Assembly (NCBI GenBank): GCA_963702985.1
Contig: OY969777.1
Location: 2,662,819-2,726,818, forward strand
Reading direction: 5' to 3'
From: an uncultured Verrucomicrobiae bacterium
GTDB lineage: Bacteria; Verrucomicrobiota; Verrucomicrobiia; Methylacidiphilales; UBA1321
DNA: 64,000 nt
Each line of letters begins with the position of its first letter. Position 1 is the stretch's first letter. Position numbers and translations under genes: made by a program. Shown here one piece after another: positions 1-10,412 of this stretch. The notes beneath the pieces were generated by a model that had not been told where the DNA came from, ran no database searches, and worked only from the letters and a program-made list of their open reading frames with translations.

Positions 1-447
1 ATCGGTCAGATCAATCGTAAAACCCATATACCCGCCCAAATGGCGCAGAACGTATTTATCATTGAACCAGACGTCCGCGATCTGCATCGCACCGCCGATT
101 TCGAGCGTGACCCGCCTGCCTTTATCCTCGACCGGCAGATGGAATGTTTTGCGGTGCCAACACACGCCCTGCCAAGGATCGGTGATTTCTTTGGGTTCGA
201 TAAAAGCCGTGTGCGGAAGCGTGACCTTCTCCCAAGTCTTGCCGGCCAGCCCCGCCATCTCTTGGGCCAGGTTCTGATTGGCTTGGTCGTAGGCATTCGC
301 CCGGGGCGGAGTGGATTCAACGCGCAAAAATTCCCAATGATCATCGAAATTCGTGATTTGCGGCAAAGGACTATCAGCAAAACCGCCGTCCAACGCAGAC
401 AAAATGCCGGGGAAAAGAAATATGAGAAAGCGCGTCTGCATGGCCAT
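1..447 (-). CDS. Glycoside hydrolase family 2 (beta-galactosidase-like), N-terminal part; runs off the left edge
   Basis: Manual translation (absent from the ORF track): MAMQTRFLIF...NFDDHWEF...WEKVTLPHTA...WQGVCWHRKTF...LEIGGAMQIADVWFND...HLGGYMGFTIDLTD, typical of the GH2 sugar-binding domain. Confidence 0.8.
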   Translation of the reverse strand, partial: MAMQTRFLIFLFPGILSALDGGFADSPLPQITNFDDHWEFLRVESTPPRANAYDQANQNLAQEMAGLAGKTWEKVTLPHTAFIEPKEITDPWQGVCWHRKTFHLPVEDKGRRVTLEIGGAMQIADVWFNDKYVLRHLGGYMGFTIDLTD

Positions 448-519
448 CAAACGGGTAATCTGACAGGGGGACATTAAGGCGAGAATGACCGGGGTCGAGG
501 TTATCCATGCCTTGCTGTT

Positions 520-3207
520 TTACTTTGCAACAAATTGATAGATGCCGGATTGTGCCCGAAATACGGCATAGGGCCCTTCCATCCTTAGAAATTTCACGCC
601 ATTGGCGAGGGGTATGGCAACATCGCTTTCCGTTACTTTGCTGACATCAGTTGCCGGGACGAAAACGATTGCGGTCGAGTTGACGGGTATCGTCACATTC
701 ATTTGGACTTGGCCGTTCTTCTTTTCCCAGCGACTGATGATCTTGCCGTAGAGCGATTCCGTGCTGGCTTCGGCAAAAGTCAAATCCCCAACCAGCGCCG
801 GCTTGATGATGAAGGATTGATACCCGTATTGGTTCGGGTCTTCGCGAATGCCGCCAAGGCCTTTCATAAACCATGACGCAATGCCGGTATAGCAAGTATG
901 AATCCGGCTGGGGCAGTTATCATCCCAGTATTCGGGCCAGGTGTTTTCCCCGCGGCTGAGGAAGTAGCCGTAACCAGGTTCCGTGGTCTTGGAGAGATGC
1001 TCGAAGAGGATGTCGTTGCGTTCGACATCTTCGACGAGGAATTTTAAGAGGATGGGAAGGCCGGAACTGCCCATATCGAGATAGGGCCGTGTCTGGAGAA
1101 TTTCCTTTTCAAAGTTGGCAAACACCGCGGGTCTCACGTTGTCCGGCGTGATCCCGGCAAACATCGGAAAGGCGAGATGAATCTGGCGGCTGTCAATGTA
1201 AGTGTTCTGGCCCGCGTTGAAGAAGTGGGCGTGAATTTTGGCTTTCAGGTCTTCGAGTTTTTGACCATACGCGGAAACATCGTCCTCTTTTCCCAATACC
1301 CGGGCCATTCCGATGAAGGTGCGGAGATCCATGGCGTAGACACAATTGTTGAAAAGAAGGGACTCCGCGGTGTTTCCAAATTCCTTCCCTTTGAGGGGGT
1401 CGGTGTGATCGGTGGGCCGCGCCCAATCGCCGAGAAAAGAGCCGCCGGTGTCGTAAGCCTGGAGAAAGCCGCCCGACACATGCGAGGCGAGGAAGTCGAG
1501 CCAGGCCTTGTCGGTGGCATAGGAATCGGAAAGAATCCGTTTGTCGCCATAGTACTTGTAAAATTCCCACCCGATATTGAGGAGCGCGCTGCTCCACATC
1601 GTCCCGCCAAAAGGCTTGTTATTCTGCGGGGCGACAAAATTGATCCATCCATTCGGTTGCTGGACGTCGCGCCAGTCGCGAAGGTCATTCGTGTAAAAGG
1701 CGCCTGCCTCGTAGTTGGGAAGTCCGCAACCCCAGGCGGTGGCGAAGTTCTCCTCGCCATAGCCGAGCCTCTCGCGATGCGGACAATCCTGGGTGTAACC
1801 CTCGACGGTGTCCGCCCGATAAGTCCACAGATCGGTTTCGTAGATTTTATTAAACAACTCACTCGAGCAGGAGAAATGGCCCACCCGATTGAGATCGGTG
1901 CCGATGGCATGGCCCTCGATATCGGAAAGCTCGGGTTTGTTCTTCAGGCCCGTGATAGTGACATATCGCCCGGCGGCATAGTTGAACCTGTTTTGGAAAG
2001 TTTCAGATGCAGTTCCCTTGCAGATATAAATGCTCTTCTGTCCGAAGGCCTGCGTCGTGCCGCGGTTGTCGGAAACCTGGATTATCACGGTATCACCGGA
2101 GGCCTGGTTGCGCATTTTGATCGAAATCCAGCCGCTAAAATTCTTGCCGAGATCAACCTTGTACGACTTGCCGGACGCCGAAATGGTTTGTGCCGGGATG
2201 TCTTCGATGACGCGGCTCGGCTCGACCATTTGGGCGGAGAGAACCGCGTCCACCTTGGCGGTCGCAACCGGCGTCCAGCTCTTGTCGTCGTAGTCAACGG
2301 CATCCCAGTTGGAATCGTAATTTCGCGCATCTACCTGCTCCCCGCCATAGTCGTTATACTTGTTCCCGCCGATATCCTCGCTGGAGCTGATTTGGCACCG
2401 CCAGCTTGTGTCCGAAGCGAGCGAGACAGGATTGCCATCGACCGTTTTTGCGTTGAGCTGAACTCGAAGAGCCGGCTTGGTCTTGAAAGAGTCGAAGCGG
2501 GCCCAACCGGGGCCGGTCCAGATGGCGATGCAGTTGTCGCCAACCTGGAGCGCATTCGTGATGTCATAGGTGACATAGAGAACCCGCTTGTCGAGTCGCG
2601 ACAGCGCGGGCGCCAGAACCCGCGCATCGGCCTTTTGCCCATTGACGTAAAGCTCGTGATAACCGACGGAGCCGACGTAGATAAAGGCGGAGGCTGCTTT
2701 TTCTTGCAGCGTGAATTTCTTGCGAAACCAAATGTGCTTTCCCTCCGTGACGGTCGGATGTTTGATCCATGGTCCGGTCCAATCGTTCGGCTCCAGAAGG
2801 CCCATGGAAAATCGGGCGGGAGAACTCCAGGCGGAGAGTTTGTTGTCCTTGTCGAGAGTTTTCACTTTCCAATAACAATCCTCGCCCGAAGTGAGCTTTT
2901 TGCCCGCATAGGGGACCAGCGCGGATTGCGAGGACAAAATCTGGCCGCTGTCCCATAAGTCGCCTTGATCTTGAGCGAGAAGAGCGGGACTGCTGGCAAC
3001 TAATAACCGGCAGCCGGTTTGTTTCTGTCCGCGGATGTGTGCCGCATCCGATAACTTCCAGGTAAACCGGGGCGTATCGACATCGATCCCCAAGGGATCG
3101 GTTAAGTATTCGCACCGCAAACCAGATACAACCACATCAGCCCCGGCACTGGGAGCGGCGAAGTGAACGAGCAGAATCAGGCAAGCAAAAGTTCGGGCAA
3201 GATACAT
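520..3207 (-). CDS. Alpha-L-rhamnosidase, GH78, secreted
   Basis: Signal peptide; LRCEYLTDPLGID N-terminus; QDCPHRERLGYGEE catalytic region; GENTWPEYW; start placed at MYLART. Confidence 0.9.
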   Translation of the reverse strand: MYLARTFACLILLVHFAAPSAGADVVVSGLRCEYLTDPLGIDVDTPRFTWKLSDAAHIRGQKQTGCRLLVASSPALLAQDQGDLWDSGQILSSQSALVPYAGKKLTSGEDCYWKVKTLDKDNKLSAWSSPARFSMGLLEPNDWTGPWIKHPTVTEGKHIWFRKKFTLQEKAASAFIYVGSVGYHELYVNGQKADARVLAPALSRLDKRVLYVTYDITNALQVGDNCIAIWTGPGWARFDSFKTKPALRVQLNAKTVDGNPVSLASDTSWRCQISSSEDIGGNKYNDYGGEQVDARNYDSNWDAVDYDDKSWTPVATAKVDAVLSAQMVEPSRVIEDIPAQTISASGKSYKVDLGKNFSGWISIKMRNQASGDTVIIQVSDNRGTTQAFGQKSIYICKGTASETFQNRFNYAAGRYVTITGLKNKPELSDIEGHAIGTDLNRVGHFSCSSELFNKIYETDLWTYRADTVEGYTQDCPHRERLGYGEENFATAWGCGLPNYEAGAFYTNDLRDWRDVQQPNGWINFVAPQNNKPFGGTMWSSALLNIGWEFYKYYGDKRILSDSYATDKAWLDFLASHVSGGFLQAYDTGGSFLGDWARPTDHTDPLKGKEFGNTAESLLFNNCVYAMDLRTFIGMARVLGKEDDVSAYGQKLEDLKAKIHAHFFNAGQNTYIDSRQIHLAFPMFAGITPDNVRPAVFANFEKEILQTRPYLDMGSSGLPILLKFLVEDVERNDILFEHLSKTTEPGYGYFLSRGENTWPEYWDDNCPSRIHTCYTGIASWFMKGLGGIREDPNQYGYQSFIIKPALVGDLTFAEASTESLYGKIISRWEKKNGQVQMNVTIPVNSTAIVFVPATDVSKVTESDVAIPLANGVKFLRMEGPYAVFRAQSGIYQFVAK

Positions 3208-3507
3208 AAAGTTGGAGACTGCGTTGAAATCAGGAGAATGACTGAAAAGTGTTGTAAAAGGTTCGATTGTGAGGAAAGCAAACAAAACGTGCGACAAATT
3301 TTTTTTAGGGAATTTGGAGAGCCGGGTTCGCCCGCCCCTGTCAACGTTTCGGGTCCGCTCTCACAGGTGCCCACGCATCACCCGGGGCCGGAGCGATTGG
3401 TTTTATCTTCGTTATGCGACTCTTTCATTCGCCGCCACCCTGTGCTTGTTCCAGTCATGATCCAATGCATCTTGGAGACCATGGCATCCATCCGATGAGC
3501 CTATAAA

Positions 3508-3660
3508 ATGGCCATACTCAGCACTACCACCGGGCCTTCCGCGAACTCACCTGAAGAAGGCCCCAGACAAACGTATCGCGGGCCGTTTGCCATCATAACG
3601 GCGCTCTTTTTCCTGTGGGGATTCATGACGGTTTTCAATGACATTCTGTTGCTGGCGTAA
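3508..3660 (+). pseudogene. Truncated N-terminus of a FucP/GluP-type MFS sugar permease (50 aa)
   Basis: Translation ...YRGPFAIITALFFLWGFMTVFNDILLLA* matches the first TM motif (LFFxWGF...NDIL) of fucose/glucose permeases, then stops. Confidence 0.65.
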
Positions 3661-3879
3661 GCTTATGCCGCTTTTTATGGCTGGAAAGGGCACGAGATCG
3701 GACGGACGGCCCAGGCTTGATCAGAAGCTTTTCCAATTTCACTCACGGGTTGGAAAAACAAGTTTCAACAAAGCAACGCCGTATCTTCGCGTCCGCGATG
3801 CCGCAAAGGCAGCGGGCGGTTTTTTCAATGATCCGCCGGAATTCTTTCCAAATTTCCCGATCCACGACGAACTTCGAAA

Positions 3880-5973
3880 GTGCCATCGGAAATTCCTTCT
3901 GCCATTCTCCCGGTCATGGCGAAAGCGCATGATCCGCTGAAAATGGGAAGTGACGCACAGCGCCTTCTCTTGATCCTTTGGCTCACGGCCGTGTTTGGCA
4001 TCGTGGGTTTGGGCATCGTCGCGGCGATCGTTTGGTGCCTCGTCCCTCCCCTCGTTTTCGATCAGGCTTTTCTGGGCCAGTTTGGGATGCAAGCCGGCTA
4101 TTTCTATGCGGATCAACCCAGGAAAAGCCTCGCTTTTGAAATCGGATGTCTGGCCGCGCCGTTTGCCATCGCCGCAAGTTATGTCTTCTCGCGGTTTCTG
4201 GTGGCCATGTGGAAGGACTCTTTTTTGCCCGCGGCTCTGCGCGGGGCGGTGTGGATCTCGTCGCTCTTTATTCTCTGGTGTTACCTGCCGCTGGCTTATT
4301 GCCCGGATCCGCCCCTTGATGCCATGCCACCCTCCTGGCTGCTTTCAAAATGGTTTTTCGCTCATCGTCATTTGTTGGCATGGCCGCGGTTTGTTTCCCT
4401 CGGTCTTTATGTGGCGTTCGATTTTTTCCTGGCCCGGCGCCGGCCCTCGGCAAGGGACCTCGATCTGACCCTCCTGGTTTTGTTGGGCATCGTGATTTTG
4501 CTCTTTCCCGGCAATGTCTACCCTCCGGTCCAGATGGATGGCGGCTGGCGTTTTGCGGTTCACTTCGGGGTCATCTCTCATGCCCTGAGCCAGGTCATCA
4601 ACGGGCATCATTTGCTCGTCCATTTTTCCCATCTCTACGGCGGCTATGTTGAATTTCTCGGCCCCATTCTCGCATTGTTTCCCCGGAGAATCGAAACCTT
4701 GCTGATACCCTTTCCTCTGCTGAATGCCGCTACCCTGGCGGCCTCTCTCTTCTGCGCCCGCCTCGTCATTCGCTATCCCCAGATGCTGCTCGTGACGGGG
4801 ATCGCTCTCCTTGCGCTCGAATGCATCGCGACGAGCGAGGACCATTATTATCAGCATGGACCGATTCGGACCCTTTTCCCGACCTTCGGCCTCCTGGCCG
4901 CCCTTTTCTATTTCCGCGGCCCGAATCGATTTAAATACGGATTGGTCTCGGTCATCGCCGCCCTGGCGCCGCTCTGGAATTTTGATTCCGGCATCGTGCT
5001 GTGGCTGAGCTGGACGGCGACTTTGGCGTCCCGACAACTCAGCAGCCGAAAACTCGTCTCAGCCGCCATTCAGCCCGGCATCCAGGCGGTCTTTCTGGCC
5101 GCGGCCGTCCTGGGCTATCTGCTTTATCTGAGGCTCGTCTCGGGTCTATGGCCCGATGTCGGGGCGTTTTTCACCTACCAGGCTCTTGTCCTGAACTCGG
5201 GCTTCTTTTGCGTCGGGATGCTTGTGCCCGACCTCTGGGTGATCGTTCTTGTGATCTATCTGATCGGCCTGATCACGGCCTTTCATTTTTATTACGAGAA
5301 GAAATCAACCTGGAAAACCGATTTTGTTTTCATGCTTTCCCTCCTGGGAATCGGCCAGTTTCTCTATTTCATCGGCCGGTCCGCCGAGTGCAATCTCATC
5401 GCCGCCGGTTACGGCGCGGTGTTCCTTGTCGGGGTTTTGTTCAGCGAAAGCCGGCGCCTCGTCACTTTCAAACGGCTTCCCCGGATCACCTGGGCCTTGC
5501 TTCTCCCTTTCGGCTTGATTCCACTCTGGTGGGCCTTTGTCTTCACTTTCGCATTTCCCACTCTCCTGGCCCAAAGTGGAACAGTCCTAAGAACATGGGA
5601 CGATCAGACGCCGACCCCTTTCAGATCCAACGCCGGCTTTGTGCAAAAATGGACTGTGCCGGGCGAGGAAACCTTCATGCTCTCCAATCAAAGCGGCTAT
5701 TACTATTACCTGTCCGGCACGGTCTGCCCGATCAATATCCCCGGGCCGTCGGAAATGATGTTGACCCGGCATCTGGAAATTCTTGAGGCCAGTCTTGATT
5801 CCGCCCGGCTGCCCAAGCTTTTCGTGGAGCAAGATTATTTCGGCAACAACAATGGGCTCAGGGACGATGTTGATCGCCGCCTTAAGAACTCGATCGCGGA
5901 GCATTACCGCGCCGAGGCCGTGAGTCCAACCGGCCAAGTGACCCTTTATGTTCCGAGGGAAAAAAAACCCTGA
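3880..5973 (+). CDS. Large polytopic membrane protein, possible GT-C-fold glycosyltransferase
   Basis: 697 aa ORF with many hydrophobic segments and a soluble C-terminal domain; function inferred only. Confidence 0.7.
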   Translation: MPSEIPSAILPVMAKAHDPLKMGSDAQRLLLILWLTAVFGIVGLGIVAAIVWCLVPPLVFDQAFLGQFGMQAGYFYADQPRKSLAFEIGCLAAPFAIAASYVFSRFLVAMWKDSFLPAALRGAVWISSLFILWCYLPLAYCPDPPLDAMPPSWLLSKWFFAHRHLLAWPRFVSLGLYVAFDFFLARRRPSARDLDLTLLVLLGIVILLFPGNVYPPVQMDGGWRFAVHFGVISHALSQVINGHHLLVHFSHLYGGYVEFLGPILALFPRRIETLLIPFPLLNAATLAASLFCARLVIRYPQMLLVTGIALLALECIATSEDHYYQHGPIRTLFPTFGLLAALFYFRGPNRFKYGLVSVIAALAPLWNFDSGIVLWLSWTATLASRQLSSRKLVSAAIQPGIQAVFLAAAVLGYLLYLRLVSGLWPDVGAFFTYQALVLNSGFFCVGMLVPDLWVIVLVIYLIGLITAFHFYYEKKSTWKTDFVFMLSLLGIGQFLYFIGRSAECNLIAAGYGAVFLVGVLFSESRRLVTFKRLPRITWALLLPFGLIPLWWAFVFTFAFPTLLAQSGTVLRTWDDQTPTPFRSNAGFVQKWTVPGEETFMLSNQSGYYYYLSGTVCPINIPGPSEMMLTRHLEILEASLDSARLPKLFVEQDYFGNNNGLRDDVDRRLKNSIAEHYRAEAVSPTGQVTLYVPREKKP

Positions 5974-6077
5974 GCCAGTTGCTAAAAATCACAAACCGCA
6001 AGCCGGCAGGTTAAGAATCATGTCTTGCCTGCGTTTTAATATTGGCGATCATGATCGCCTGGCCCTCGGGAACCCCA

Positions 6078-7520
6078 ATGCTCACTACTCGCCTCCTCGT
6101 GGTGCTTGCCCTGATCGCCGGCGCCGCGATCTGTCCTATTCATGCCCAGGATGCTCCAAGCCCGGCCAGCCCTTCCCCCGAGGCGGGACCGACCCGGCCG
6201 ATGGCCCAAATGAAGAGCGTACCGGCACAGGTCAATCCGCCACCGAAGCCGATCTTCGACCCGCGCACCTATGGCGCGAAAGGCGACGGCGTCACCTACG
6301 ACACCGACGCGCTCCAGAAGGCGATTGACGCCTGCGCGGGAAGCGGCGGCAGCGTTTATCTCAAGGGCGGAAAATTTCTCAGCGCGCACCTCACGCTCAA
6401 GGGCGGCATGACGTTCTACATCGAGAAGGACGCCGTGCTGCTAGGCGGCCTCAACCCGGAAGACTACCCCGTTGTCCTGCCCGAAAAGGCCCGCGACAAG
6501 GCGCTCTGCCGCAGCCTGCTCTACGCCGACCACGCCGACCATCTCGTGCTTGATGGTTCCGGCATCATCGACGGCCAGGGGCCGCTGGTCAAAATGACCG
6601 GCAAGGAACCCACGCGCCCTTCGCTCATTCGTATTTTTTTCAGCAAGGACGTCACCGTCCGCAATGTCACCCTGAATAATCCGCGGATGTGGACTCAAAT
6701 CTATCTCTATTGCCAGGGGCTAACCATCGATCACGTGACCGTGCATTCCGCGAAATACTGCCCGAACCTCGACGGCCTCGACCTCTGCGATTGCACCGAT
6801 GCGACCGTCAGTAATTGCCGGATCAACTCCGATGACGACAGCATCTGCCTCAAAAGTAGAGACGGCGGCGTGGGTTTGCATAACATCACCGTCGAGAATA
6901 ACGAGATCCGCAACACGGGCGCGAATGCCATCAAGATCGGCACCGCCAGCCGCGGCCCCATCTCGGGCGTTCATATCCTGAACAACACCGTCTATGCCGC
7001 CGCCCTCGGCGGTCTTTGCATCGAATCGGTCGATGGATCGGCCATCAGCGACTTCACCGTGCGCGGCCTCGATATGTACAACGTGTCCCAGCCGATCTTC
7101 GTCCGCCTGGCCAAACGCTCGCCGCCGGCAGGCTCAATCGATGGCGTCACCATCGAAAACGTTCGCGCCATTTCCACCCGCGGCTCGCACGTGCCCTCCT
7201 GCACGATCACCGGAATTCCCGAGGCAAAAATCGGCAGTGTCCTGCTCAAGAACTGCTATATCGAGATGCCCGGCGGCATCGCATCCATACCGAAAGCGCC
7301 TCCCGAAAAGGAAAGCGTCTATCCGCAGTCCAACATCTTTGGCAATACCCCCGCCTATGGCATCTACGTCCGCCATGCCAACGGAGTCGTCCTCGATCAC
7401 GTGATGATCGGCTTTTACAAGCCCGATGCCCGGCCCTGGCTCGCCAGCGACGACGCCACGGTGAAAACCATCGCGTGTCGTGATTTGACAAAGATCGCGC
7501 CCACCAAGGCGCCGCAATAG
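6078..7520 (+). CDS. Glycoside hydrolase family 28 (polygalacturonase-like), secreted
   Basis: YGAKGDGVTYDTDALQKAID; NLDGLD and DDDSICLKS catalytic motifs; signal peptide. Confidence 0.9.
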   Translation: MLTTRLLVVLALIAGAAICPIHAQDAPSPASPSPEAGPTRPMAQMKSVPAQVNPPPKPIFDPRTYGAKGDGVTYDTDALQKAIDACAGSGGSVYLKGGKFLSAHLTLKGGMTFYIEKDAVLLGGLNPEDYPVVLPEKARDKALCRSLLYADHADHLVLDGSGIIDGQGPLVKMTGKEPTRPSLIRIFFSKDVTVRNVTLNNPRMWTQIYLYCQGLTIDHVTVHSAKYCPNLDGLDLCDCTDATVSNCRINSDDDSICLKSRDGGVGLHNITVENNEIRNTGANAIKIGTASRGPISGVHILNNTVYAAALGGLCIESVDGSAISDFTVRGLDMYNVSQPIFVRLAKRSPPAGSIDGVTIENVRAISTRGSHVPSCTITGIPEAKIGSVLLKNCYIEMPGGIASIPKAPPEKESVYPQSNIFGNTPAYGIYVRHANGVVLDHVMIGFYKPDARPWLASDDATVKTIACRDLTKIAPTKAPQ

Positions 7521-7596
7521 AGACCTCTGCAAAAGGCTCACTTTTAGAATTCCGTCATCCTGCGCTTGTCGAAGAATGACGGATTGTTGAGACTAA

Positions 7597-7747
7597 TACC
7601 AATTCCAAATTGATTTTGGTCTAAACAATCGGTCATCCTGAGCTTGTCGAAGGATCAGTTCGGAGGGGTTTTACCGAGGCGGAACTGATCCCTCGACAAG
7701 CTCGGGATGACGGAAGGGTAAAGAATAAATTTTATTGAGAAATGGTA
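7597..7747. mobile_element. MITE family A, copy 1 (151 bp)
   Basis: Ends TACCAATTC...GAAATGGTA, flanked by TAA direct repeats; near-identical copies at 29951 and 53791. Confidence 0.85.
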
Positions 7748-7769
7748 TAAAATCAATTTGGAATCGGTA

Positions 7770-10388
7770 TCAGTTTTGCTGGAAAATCAGGTCCGCGCCG
7801 CGGTGCAGGGTGAGATGCGTGCGGCCCGTCTGATCCTGGTCGAACTGATATTCGTCTTTTTGTCCGTTCCACTCGAGGGTCAGGCTCTTCTTGTCATCGC
7901 TCCATGTGGTCACCGGCAACGGCTCGCCCTGCTTGAGGGGGAAAAGCAGCACCTTGTAATCGGGCGCGACGCTGCGGCTCGGGAGCACCAACCGCTTCCC
8001 CAGGCCGGTGGAGCGTCCGCCGAACTGGTGCGAGTCGTCATGGCGAAGATACTCGATGGTTTCGAGGCGCGGATTGGATTGGCCGGTCGGGATGGCGGGC
8101 TGGTTGGCATTCAGCACGCGCACGAGCAGCAGCGGCGCGCCGGGGGCGGCGATTGGAGTGCCGATATCGCGATAGGCATCAAAGCCGGGAGCCGTCGCGA
8201 CCCTCTTGTCGGAAAGCGGACCGACGATCAGGTCGCCCCCTTTGATGCTGTGGATTTCGACGTTCATCGGCATCTGCATCGCCCATTCGTAAAGGTGCTC
8301 CCTGTCGTCTTTCTGGAAGTCGTCGACGATCAGAGCATAGGAACGATTTCCGCGCACCAGGCCGGCGGTGCGGAAGGCGCGTTGCACCGGATTGGCCGGC
8401 GCGCGCATGATCCAGGTGTCCTCGTCCCACATGCGGGGATCGCCCGCGAGGTAGCCCGAATAGTAGTCGACCACTTGCGGCAATGGGTCGCGCTCGAAGG
8501 GGACATTGGCGTAACGCGGCCCGAGGCGCGCGCGAACGGGCACGTAGGAACTCAGCCACGGTTTGCGGGCGAATTCCTCCGCCGACATCGTCATGGGCGA
8601 CTTCACCCATCTCCAATCGTAGCAATAGCTGAGATCGGCCGTTCCGAACGTGGCCACAGGGGTGTCAATGGTGTTGACCCACGTGGCCGGCGTGGCCGAG
8701 TAGCCCTGGCCGAGCCCATCAATGATGATGGTGTTGGTGTACTTGGTCTCGACTTCGCGGAACGAGGGCAGCGACCAGGGCTGGCCCATCGCGGTGAAGT
8801 AGAACGTGCCGCGATCGGCGTCATCGTGCGAGACGAAAAGCGTGTCGCTGCGGGCGACGAACTGGAGCGACGTGGCGTCCTTCGACCAGCCGTCGCGCGC
8901 GAAGAGATAGCCGCGCTGTGGATCGTAAAGGCCCTGGGGCATCTTGAAATCAGCCCCATAGTGGTAATCGACGACTTTGCCGCCGGAGCCTTTCAGCGGA
9001 TCGGCGGGGGTCAAGTAGGCCAGGACACCGCCGTAGGCCAGCAGGCCTCCGGACATCGCCGTCATTTTCCGGATCGCCGGGTGGTTCTGGAAAACGAAGT
9101 CGATTTTGGGATTGGCCGGGTAGAAAAACTTCGCCGTTTGCAGGGTGCTGAAGTCGGGCGGAAAAGTGCCGAGATCGCCGCTGCTTTCCCACAGGTCGCC
9201 GTAGGGCTGCATCGCCCAGACGAACCAGTTCTCGAACATTTTGCGGTACTTGTCGTTAATGAAAAGATTGTCGCCGCGATTGGCCATCGCAAGCATGAGC
9301 AGGCTCAGATGGGAGAATCCGGCGGTGTGATAGCCGATGGCTTCCTTCGCGATGCCCTGGTCGGACATGGAGTAATCGACGTAATCATGCGCGACTTCGC
9401 TGCCGCGCGCGAAGATGCGGGGGTCAAAGCCCTCCTCGCCTTCGAGCGCCAGCGACATGAGCGGAAATTCCTCGGCCATTCCGATGAAGTTCCAGTTGCG
9501 CCAGTGATGAGGCAGGTCCATCCCGAGCACATAGCGGCCCTTGGTCGCTTTGGTCAGCACGCGCCGGAAGGTGTCGGCCTGGTCCTTGGTCATGTAGGGC
9601 TGGGAAAAATCGTAGATGAACCCGAGGGCCGGGCCTGCGCCGCAGACCGCGCGGACGCTGCGCCAGTAATCGTCCGCGCCCGGCGCTTTCGAGGCCTCGT
9701 CGATCTGCGGTTCGAGATATTTGGCGAACGCGGCCGCCACCGCCGCCGTCTTGGCGCCCTCGGCTTTGTCCTGCATGACGAGGCAATAAAGGGCCTTGTC
9801 GGACAGCGAGGCGAAAAGCGGATTAGTCGCGCTTCCCGGCGCGGGGTGGGACTTGAAATCGGCGGTGATCGCGTCGGCCCTGGCGGCGTCTCCCTTCATC
9901 AGCGCCTGGAGCGCGTCGTTTTCCGAAGTGCCGGGCTTGTCGATGCCGTTCGCAATTTTCGCCTTGAGTTGGGCCAGCAGCGCGCGCCCCGTTTCCGTTT
10001 CCTGAAGCTGCCTGCGAATGCGGGGCAGATCCTCCGGCCCGAAAAGAATGCGCGGATGGACTCCGGGTGCGGGCACATGATAGAGCCGGTCCTTCGCGAA
10101 GCCCTCGTCGTTGTTTACTTCGGCCACGGCAGGAGAGGCTTTCCGGCCCGGAGCTTCGCCGTTGAGAATCTGGTCGGCGGAGAAGTTGGGCGTCGGTTGT
10201 TCCTGAAACCGGGCGTCGACCGGCTTTTCCGGCGCGGCTGCCTTCGAAGCTTCAATCTTCGGAGCTTCCGCCGGCGGCGGCGCATTACAACCGGCGAGGC
10301 TCAGGCTTAAAATGCCGCCGAGCAATAACCGGCGGACGGGGCTTGTGGTGAATTTCGTGCGGAACGGAATGTGACGAGGAGTAGGCAT
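7770..10388 (-). CDS. Lipoprotein, heparinase II/III-like polysaccharide lyase candidate
   Basis: Lipobox LAGC; NWNF motif; SHDDADRGTFYF resembles the H-x-D motif of heparinase II/III C-terminal domains. Confidence 0.65.
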   Translation of the reverse strand: MPTPRHIPFRTKFTTSPVRRLLLGGILSLSLAGCNAPPPAEAPKIEASKAAAPEKPVDARFQEQPTPNFSADQILNGEAPGRKASPAVAEVNNDEGFAKDRLYHVPAPGVHPRILFGPEDLPRIRRQLQETETGRALLAQLKAKIANGIDKPGTSENDALQALMKGDAARADAITADFKSHPAPGSATNPLFASLSDKALYCLVMQDKAEGAKTAAVAAAFAKYLEPQIDEASKAPGADDYWRSVRAVCGAGPALGFIYDFSQPYMTKDQADTFRRVLTKATKGRYVLGMDLPHHWRNWNFIGMAEEFPLMSLALEGEEGFDPRIFARGSEVAHDYVDYSMSDQGIAKEAIGYHTAGFSHLSLLMLAMANRGDNLFINDKYRKMFENWFVWAMQPYGDLWESSGDLGTFPPDFSTLQTAKFFYPANPKIDFVFQNHPAIRKMTAMSGGLLAYGGVLAYLTPADPLKGSGGKVVDYHYGADFKMPQGLYDPQRGYLFARDGWSKDATSLQFVARSDTLFVSHDDADRGTFYFTAMGQPWSLPSFREVETKYTNTIIIDGLGQGYSATPATWVNTIDTPVATFGTADLSYCYDWRWVKSPMTMSAEEFARKPWLSSYVPVRARLGPRYANVPFERDPLPQVVDYYSGYLAGDPRMWDEDTWIMRAPANPVQRAFRTAGLVRGNRSYALIVDDFQKDDREHLYEWAMQMPMNVEIHSIKGGDLIVGPLSDKRVATAPGFDAYRDIGTPIAAPGAPLLLVRVLNANQPAIPTGQSNPRLETIEYLRHDDSHQFGGRSTGLGKRLVLPSRSVAPDYKVLLFPLKQGEPLPVTTWSDDKKSLTLEWNGQKDEYQFDQDQTGRTHLTLHRGADLIFQQN

Positions 10389-10412
10389 AAGAAAAAGAGG
10401 CGTGTTGAACTA

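Noticed and set aside
7758-10310. Long antisense ORFs (e.g. 7758-10310, 1177-2958, 11002-12225)
   Set aside because: Shadow frames of high-GC3 genes on the opposite strand, with no recognisable motifs.
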